Of a DNA stretch of 32,000 nt, positions 26,765-32,000 are shown piece after piece (positions within the stretch are counted from its first letter, which is position 1; each line of letters begins with the position of its first letter). Source of the stretch: Archaeoglobus fulgidus DSM 4304. Lineage in GTDB: Archaea > Halobacteriota > Archaeoglobi > Archaeoglobales > Archaeoglobaceae. Made by a program: the position numbers and the translations under genes. The notes beneath the pieces are model-generated. The model saw nothing but the letters and a program-made list of their open reading frames with translations. It was not told where the DNA came from and searched no databases. The stretch is from positions 1,710,001-1,742,000 of the forward strand of contig NC_000917.1 in the NCBI RefSeq assembly GCF_000008665.1. The letters run 5' to 3'.

Positions 26765-28786
26765 ATGCTACTCCTCGAACACGAATCCAAAGCTCTGCTG
26801 GAAAAGTACGGCATAAAGACTGCAAAGTGCATCTTCTGCGAAACAGAAGAGCAGGCTGTTAAAGCTGCGAAGGAAATCGGCTTTCCCGTTGTGATGAAGG
26901 TTGCAGGGAGGGAAATTGTGCACAAAAGCGATGTTGGTGGAGTCATTCTTAACGTTAAATCGGAGGATGAGGTTAGAGAGGTTTTTCAAAGGCTGATGTC
27001 CATTCCAAAGGCTGAGGGAGTTAACATTCAGCCCCAGCTTGAGAAGGGGATCGAGGTTATTGTTGGCGTTGCAGAGAACGAGCAGTTTGGAAGCGTTGCA
27101 ATGTTTGGGCTTGGTGGTGTTTTTGTTGAGGTTCTGAAGGATGTCAGTTTCCGGCTTTTGCCCTTAACAAGGAGAGATGCGGAGGAGATGGTTAGGGAGG
27201 TTAAGGGGTATAAATTGTTGGAGGGTTACAGAAGAGTTAAGGGGGATGTTGGGGCTGTTGTTGATTTGCTGCTTAAGCTGAATGAGGTTGTTGAGAGGGA
27301 GAGTATAGTGGAGATGGACCTGAATCCTGTGTTTGTTTATGAGAGAGGAGCTGTTGTCGCAGACGCGAGGATAGTTGTTGGGGAGAGGAAGAGGTTCGAC
27401 TACACGATTCCGGATTTGCGGGACCTTTTCTACCCGAAAAGCGTTGCCGTCATAGGAGCTTCAAGAACTGTAGGCAAGCCGGGATTTAACATAGTCTGGA
27501 ATTTAAAGCAGAATGGGTTTATGGGTAAAATTTACCCGGTAAATCCGAACGCTGACAAGATACTCGAATTGAAGTGCTACCCCTCAATTCTAGACATCCC
27601 GGATGAGGTGGACATGGCGATAATTGCCGTTCCGGCTAAAATTGTTCCGGAAGTGATGGCGGAGTGCGCTCAGAAGGGAATCAAAGGAGCGGTCATAGTG
27701 AGCTCGGGCTTCAGCGAGGAAGGGGAGAAGGGGGCTGAATACGAGAGAAGGGTGCTCGAAATTGCCAAGAAGCACGGAATAAGGATTTTCGGCCCTAACA
27801 CGACGGGCGTGCTCAACACGGAAAACGGATTCATTACATCCTTTGCAATCCAGCCCGTCATCAAGAAGGGAAACATCGGCATAATCGCACAGACGGGGCT
27901 ATTCCTCGGAATTATGATGGATATAGTCACGTCAAACCATCCGAGCATAGGCTTCAGCAAAATCGTAGGAATGGGAAACAAAATCGATGTGGAGGACTAC
28001 GAGGTTCTCGATTTTCTGCTGAAAGATGAGCAGACGAAGGTAATAGGCATTTACATGGAAGGAATAAAGAATGGCAGGGCTTTTTACGATGTTGCCTCCA
28101 GTGCTGAGAAGCCCATCGTGGTTTTCAAGAGCGGAAGGACGGAGTACGGGCAAAAGGCCGCAATGAGCCACACGGCTTCAATTTGCGGAGACGATGACGT
28201 TTTCGATGCCGTGTGCAGGCAAGCGAACCTCGTAAGGGTTTACAGCTTCGACGAGCTTTTCGACGTGACCAAAGCCTTTTCGCTCCAGCCCCTTCCAAAA
28301 GGGGACAGGGTGGCAATCATCCACTACACCGGTTCTGGTTGTGTTCAGGGGTCAGACGCTGCATACTTTGCCGGATTAAAGCTAGCAGAATTTTCAAAAG
28401 ATACTGTTGATAAAATAAGTGAAGTCACACCCGAATGGCACAACGTGAACAACCCAATTGATATATGGCCAATGGTGGAATACTACGGAGCCTTCAAGGC
28501 TTATCAGACCGCAATAGAAGCTGTAATGGAGGATGAAGGCGTGGATTCGGTCATCGCGTGCGTATGGGCAAACAGGCTCATCAACGCCGACTTTGAGCCG
28601 GATTACAAGAGCCTCAAGAAGTACGGCAAGCCCATCTACTTCTGCGTTGAGGGGGCAAGAGACGTCGTTTTCGACCACAAAAATGCCCTTGAGCTTAACG
28701 GTATTCCCGTTTACACCAACGTGATAAACGCGGTGAATGTTCTCGGAAAGGTGACGAAATACGCAAAAAGGAGAATTCAGTCGTGA
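26765..28786 (+). CDS. ADP-forming acetyl/acyl-CoA synthetase (NDP-forming superfamily), single-chain fusion with ATP-grasp (beta) N-terminal to the CoA-binding/ligase (alpha) part
   Basis: N-terminal ATP-grasp region LLEHESKALLEKYGIKTAKC...VVMKVAG...HKSDVGGV. It is followed by the CoA-binding Rossmann region PKSVAVIGASRTVGKPG, IFGPNTTGV and the phosphohistidine loop AAMSHTASICG. Confidence 0.9.
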   Translation: MLLLEHESKALLEKYGIKTAKCIFCETEEQAVKAAKEIGFPVVMKVAGREIVHKSDVGGVILNVKSEDEVREVFQRLMSIPKAEGVNIQPQLEKGIEVIVGVAENEQFGSVAMFGLGGVFVEVLKDVSFRLLPLTRRDAEEMVREVKGYKLLEGYRRVKGDVGAVVDLLLKLNEVVERESIVEMDLNPVFVYERGAVVADARIVVGERKRFDYTIPDLRDLFYPKSVAVIGASRTVGKPGFNIVWNLKQNGFMGKIYPVNPNADKILELKCYPSILDIPDEVDMAIIAVPAKIVPEVMAECAQKGIKGAVIVSSGFSEEGEKGAEYERRVLEIAKKHGIRIFGPNTTGVLNTENGFITSFAIQPVIKKGNIGIIAQTGLFLGIMMDIVTSNHPSIGFSKIVGMGNKIDVEDYEVLDFLLKDEQTKVIGIYMEGIKNGRAFYDVASSAEKPIVVFKSGRTEYGQKAAMSHTASICGDDDVFDAVCRQANLVRVYSFDELFDVTKAFSLQPLPKGDRVAIIHYTGSGCVQGSDAAYFAGLKLAEFSKDTVDKISEVTPEWHNVNNPIDIWPMVEYYGAFKAYQTAIEAVMEDEGVDSVIACVWANRLINADFEPDYKSLKKYGKPIYFCVEGARDVVFDHKNALELNGIPVYTNVINAVNVLGKVTKYAKRRIQS

Positions 28787-28893
28787 ATTATCTTCTTTTT
28801 CCTCACCATCTCGAATATGTCCATTCTCGTTAACTTCTCAGCATTCTTCGAAACGCTTTCCTTTATCATCTGAAATCTCTCTGCCTCGGTCAT
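28777..28893 (-). CDS. Hypothetical small protein, 38 aa (below the ORF-track cutoff)
   Basis: Read by hand: ATG 28893 to TGA 28777 gives MTEAERFQMIKESVSKNAEKLTRMDIFEMVRKKKIIHD. AGA/AGG/ATA-rich codon use resembles its neighbours. TATA-like aaaaaaatatata (28915-28927, minus strand) is centred about 26 nt upstream of the ATG. No homology could be assessed. Confidence 0.25.
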   Translation of the reverse strand: MTEAERFQMIKESVSKNAEKLTRMDIFEMVRKKKIIHD

Positions 28894-28989
28894 ATATTAA
28901 GTTCTGCGTAAAGGTATATATTTTTTTCCAAACTATATATTATCATTGCTATAATAATAACAATAATGCTCGTAATGAGAGGCTTAATA

Positions 28990-29041
28990 GAAAAATAAAT
29001 TAAAAATACAAACCACCCCTTGCGCAATAAAGAGAGAAAAG
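28990..29041 (-). terminator. T-rich termination region after purL
   Basis: Minus strand downstream of the purL stop reads cttttctctcttt ... tatttttaatttattttt. Confidence 0.4.
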
Positions 29042-29051
29042 CCTCGTGAAT

Positions 29052-31349
29052 TTACAGGAACTTCGTGAGCCCTTCCCTCCAGGATTTATCCGCCTCGCCA
29101 AGCTCAACGCTGAAAGCCCCAAAATCAAGCCTTTCTCCACCGCTGTAGCCAATAACTTCAGCCTTAAGCTCCTTCGCCCTGAAAAACTCCGCATAGCCCT
29201 CCGCAACGCTTTCGGGAACCTCCACCACCCACCTCGTGTTCGACTCGGAGAAAAGCTCGACGAAGCTAAGCTCTCTCGCAGCCTCAAAGCCCAATCCCCT
29301 GCCAAAGCTCATTTCAGCGATGCAGACTGCTAATCCACCCATGCTGACGTCGTGGCAGGCTTTGACCTCAAACTTCCTGAAGGACTCAAGCATCGCATCG
29401 CTGTATGTCTTCAGCCTCTCAGGCGAGGTTCTCGGCACTTTGTGGCACCTCTGCCCCATCACCGCAGAATACAGGCTGCCTCCAAACTCGTTATGCGTTT
29501 CTCCGACGAGAATTACGGCTCCTCTGCCCTTGAACTCGCTCGTTATCGCCTTTCTAACATCCTCCACTATGCCCACACCAAGCAGTGAGGGAGTGGGAGC
29601 AACGGCCCCGTAGGGGGTTTCGTTGTAGAAGCTCACGTTTCCGCTCACGCAGGGAACTCCCACACCTTTGGCCATCCATCCCAAGGCTTTAACAGCCTCA
29701 ACAAACTCCCCCATCCTCTCAGGCTTCTCAGGATTGCCGAAGTTCAGGCAGTCGTTGAAGGAGTGCGGAACGGCGTTGACCGCAACAAGGTTCCTCACCA
29801 TCTCATCAAAGCTGCTGGCAGCGCCCCAGTAGGGGTCAACCTTGCACATCCACGGATTCACATCTGCCGTTATTGCCAGACCCCTGAAGGATCTCGTTGG
29901 CTTGATGACGGCAGCATCTCCATGCGTTTCGAAGTTCATTTTTCCTTGCAGAGGCTTTAAGACGGTTGAGGCCCTCACCTCGTGGTCATACTGCCTCACA
30001 ATCCACTCCTTGAAGGCAGCGTTCGGATGGGAGAGCATCTTCATGAAGGTCTTAACGTAGTCCGCAGGTGGCTCGACCTCCTCGTGCAGCTCCTTCTCAG
30101 GCTTTCTGGCAACGTAGGGACGGCAGTATTCAGGCCCTGAGGTGACGAACTCCGTGTCCATCTCGTAAATCTTGTAGCCTTTGTAGTAGATTCTGGTGAT
30201 TTTTTCTGGAATCACCTTTCCAACGACAGTGGCTGGAACATCCCACTTCTGGAAGATGTAAAGAACTTCGTCTATGTGCTCCGGCCTGACTGTGAGCATC
30301 ATCCTCTCCTGACTTTCGGAAATCCATATCTCCCAAGGGGCCATTCCCTCCTCCTTCAGCGGAACCTTGTCCAGATAAACCTCAGCCCCAAAACCAGCGG
30401 CGAGGGCCATCTCCCCGATGACGCAGCTCAGCCCTCCTCCTCCCAAATCCTTCATTCCCGTCAGAAGGCCTTTCTCCACGACCTCAAGGCAGGCGTGGAT
30501 GAGGGGCTCCTTCATTATAGGATTTCCCAGCTGCACCGCTCCCCTCGCCTCCTCCTCGCTCTTCTCGTCAAGCTCTGCTGATGCGAAAGTTACGCCGTGA
30601 ATCCCATCCCTTCCCGTCTTGCCGCCAGCAAGCACGAAGAGGTCTCCAGCCCCTCCAGCACGGCTGTGGATGATTCTGTCCTTCCTCACTATGCCCACAC
30701 ATCCCACATTAACAAGGCAGTTCGTCAGGTAGGAGTTGTCAAAAAACACCATTCCCGCAACCGTTGGAATTCCAACTCTGTTGCCGTAATCCCTTATCCC
30801 CGCAACAACACCCTTAAGCAGGTAAAGGGGATGCTTCGTCCCCCTCGGCAGCTTCTCGTAGGGAGTGTCGAGATTCCCGAAAAAGAGGGGGTCTATTAGT
30901 GCAATAGGCTGGGCACCCATGCAGAGGACGTCCCTCAAAATCCCTCCAATGCCTGTAGCAGCCCCGCCGTAGGGCTCTATTGCCGAGGGATGATTGTGAC
31001 TCTCAAAGGCCGTAACGTAGGCATACTCATCATCAAACTCCACAACTCCAGCATCCTCCTCAATGGCGGAGATGACGTAATCAGCCTTAGAAGCTTCGAG
31101 AAGGTACTGCCTCAAATAATACTTCGAGCTCTTGTAGCAGCAGTGCTCGCTCCATGCTTGGGCAAGGCTCTGAAGCTCGATGTCGTAGGGATTTCTGCCC
31201 TTCTGGCGGAAGTAATCCTGAATGCGCTTCATCTCGTCAACGCTCAAAGCTAAGCCCATCTCCTCGCTGATTTTCGCCAGCTCCTCTTCACTGGCATCGA
31301 GAATCTCAACCTCGTAAAGCTCGAAGGGAACGTCAACCTTCCTGTACAT
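29052..31349 (-). CDS. purL: Phosphoribosylformylglycinamidine synthase subunit PurL (FGAM synthase II)
   Basis: 765 aa. [36 protein letters not shown] and duplicated AIR-synthase-like domains. It immediately follows purS. Confidence 0.95.
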
Positions 31350-31353
31350 ACTC

Positions 31354-31596
31354 TCACTCTCTCCAGACTATGCTGTACTTCTGAATTACAGGGTTGGCGA
31401 GGAGCTTCTCGCACATCTCGGCAATCTCCCTCTCCGCCTCCTCCCTGCTTCTCGCTTCGATGTCAATTCGAAAAACCTTCACGGTTGAGACCTTCTTAAC
31501 CCTCTTAAAGCCAAGCAGCCTTAGAGCTTTGAGCGTCGCCTCACCTTCAGGGTCAGCAACGCCCTCCTTGAGCTCGATGTAAACGTCTGCAATCAT
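31354..31596 (-). CDS. purS: Phosphoribosylformylglycinamidine synthase subunit PurS
   Basis: 80 aa from ATG 31596: [30 protein letters not shown] is a typical PurS sequence. TATA-like tttttaaag (31618-31626, minus strand) is centred 26 nt upstream, so the 24-codon track extension was trimmed. Confidence 0.88.
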
Positions 31597-31758
31597 GGTT
31601 GTTTTTTGCTCATGCTCTTTAAAAATCAAGCGATTCGGTGTATGATGATAGTGTATGATGGTACTCACAATAATCTGAAGGATAAAATTTATAAGTAAAA
31701 AAATTTTACTAAAATAAAAATTGAGGATAGCTTGCTGTTCTCAACTAAGGGTGGTTGA

Positions 31759-32000
31759 ATGAGGTAGTTAATTCCGTTAACCTTGCTGGTATTAGTTATG
31801 GCCACAGCCTCAGCCGACACCCTATGCAGTCAGCAGGAAGATGAGAGCTGGGGAAACCTGATGCTGCACGGCTTTCAGGTTGAAGCCTACAAGCCCGTTA
31901 GGGTTGGCGATAAGGTTTGCTACTCCTTCTATCTGAAGAACACAGGCAGCAGCGATGTAACGCTGGGGAAAAAGGGAGTCTACCTCCACACCAACGACGG
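31759..32000 (+). CDS. Secreted/cell-surface protein, 5' part only (runs off the window); in-frame TAG at codon 3
   Basis: Hand translation: ATG AGG TAG TTA ATT CCG ... gives M R * L I P L T L L V L V M A T A S A / D T L C S Q Q E D ... VGDKVCYSFYLKNTGSSDVTLGKKG, which looks like a CARDB/Ig-like beta-sandwich. SD-like GGGTGGT lies 3 nt upstream of ATG 31759. Uninterrupted alternative starts are TTG 31783 and ATG 31798. Confidence 0.5.

Noticed and set aside
26653-26946. 97-codon N-terminal extension of the MinD-like ORF (the track calls 350 aa).
   Set aside because: The extension crosses the AT-rich promoter spacer and overlaps the divergent ACD gene by about 180 nt. Its sequence is not ATPase-like. 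The Walker A lies 10 residues after the internal ATG 26652, as in normal MinD/ParA proteins.
28979-29045. 7-bp inverted repeat GAGGCTT / AAGCCTC (28979-28985 and 29039-29045) and the ataataataacaataat tract (28951-28967) as a structured RNA or repeat element.
   Set aside because: The stem is short, the roughly 53-nt loop is A/T-rich and no C/D or H/ACA boxes are recognisable. A match of this size is expected by chance in AT-rich spacer DNA. Only the general ncRNA possibility is kept, in the finding on this spacer.
31597-31668. 24-codon N-terminal extension of PurS (MSTIIHYHHTPNRLIFKEHEQKTT).
   Set aside because: PurS proteins are about 80 aa and begin at the MIADVYI-type strand. A TATA-like box inside the extension is positioned for a leaderless start at 31596.
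31765-31767. The in-frame TAG read as pyrrolysine or another recoding event.
   Set aside because: No pyl genes or recoding signal are visible in the window, and Archaeoglobus-type organisms are not known to decode TAG. Nonsense mutation, a downstream start or a sequence error are simpler explanations.
1-32000. CRISPR arrays, tRNA/rRNA genes, transposases/IS elements, integrases, and toxin-antitoxin or defence cassettes.
   Set aside because: None was found by reading both strands. All gaps longer than 100 nt (16934-17075, 26653-26764, 28787-29051, 31597-31758) were inspected and contain only AT-rich promoter- or terminator-like sequence.

Overview
Archaeal (euryarchaeal) chromosome segment. 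Gene content, order and protein sequences look like Archaeoglobus, probably A. fulgidus; this is inferred from memory and was not searched. Layout: (1) 94-1689 (+): an orphan CheY-like receiver and archaeal DnaG. (2) 1670-16255 (-): one tightly packed 27-gene run reading SPOUT/DUF171, uL3, uL4, uL23, uL2, uS19, uL22, uS3, uL29, RNase P Rpp29, uS17, uL14, uL24, eS4, uL5, uS14, uS8, uL6, eL32, eL19, uL18, uS5, uL30, uL15, SecY, DUF106 (YidC/Oxa1-like), Cmk. (3) 16313-16933 (-): a LolA-like lipobox protein. (4) 17076-21123 (+): fwdDBAC, formylmethanofuran dehydrogenase. (5) 21208-28786: acyl-CoA synthetase, MaoC dehydratase, tandem USP, Mch, a HARP-type PIN protein, a MinD-like ATPase and an ADP-forming acyl-CoA synthetase. 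(6) 29052-31596 (-): purS and purL. (7) From 31759 (+): the start of a secreted protein. No tRNA, rRNA, CRISPR array or transposase was seen. No clear multi-gene novel system (defence, toxin-antitoxin or similar) can be supported from sequence alone. The best second-look items are: a tandem-USP gene whose ORF is intact only because three single-base homopolymer contractions cancel out, scrambling about 55 aa; a signal peptide interrupted by an in-frame TAG at codon 3; a 266-nt AT-rich spacer between two gene 3' ends holding an uncalled 38-aa ORF with a leaderless-type TATA box; a HARP (protein-only RNase P homologue) in the same window as the classical Rpp29 subunit; and a 65-nt dual-coding uS3/uL29 overlap. 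Many ORF-track starts are GTG codons inside the upstream Shine-Dalgarno sequence and were trimmed.
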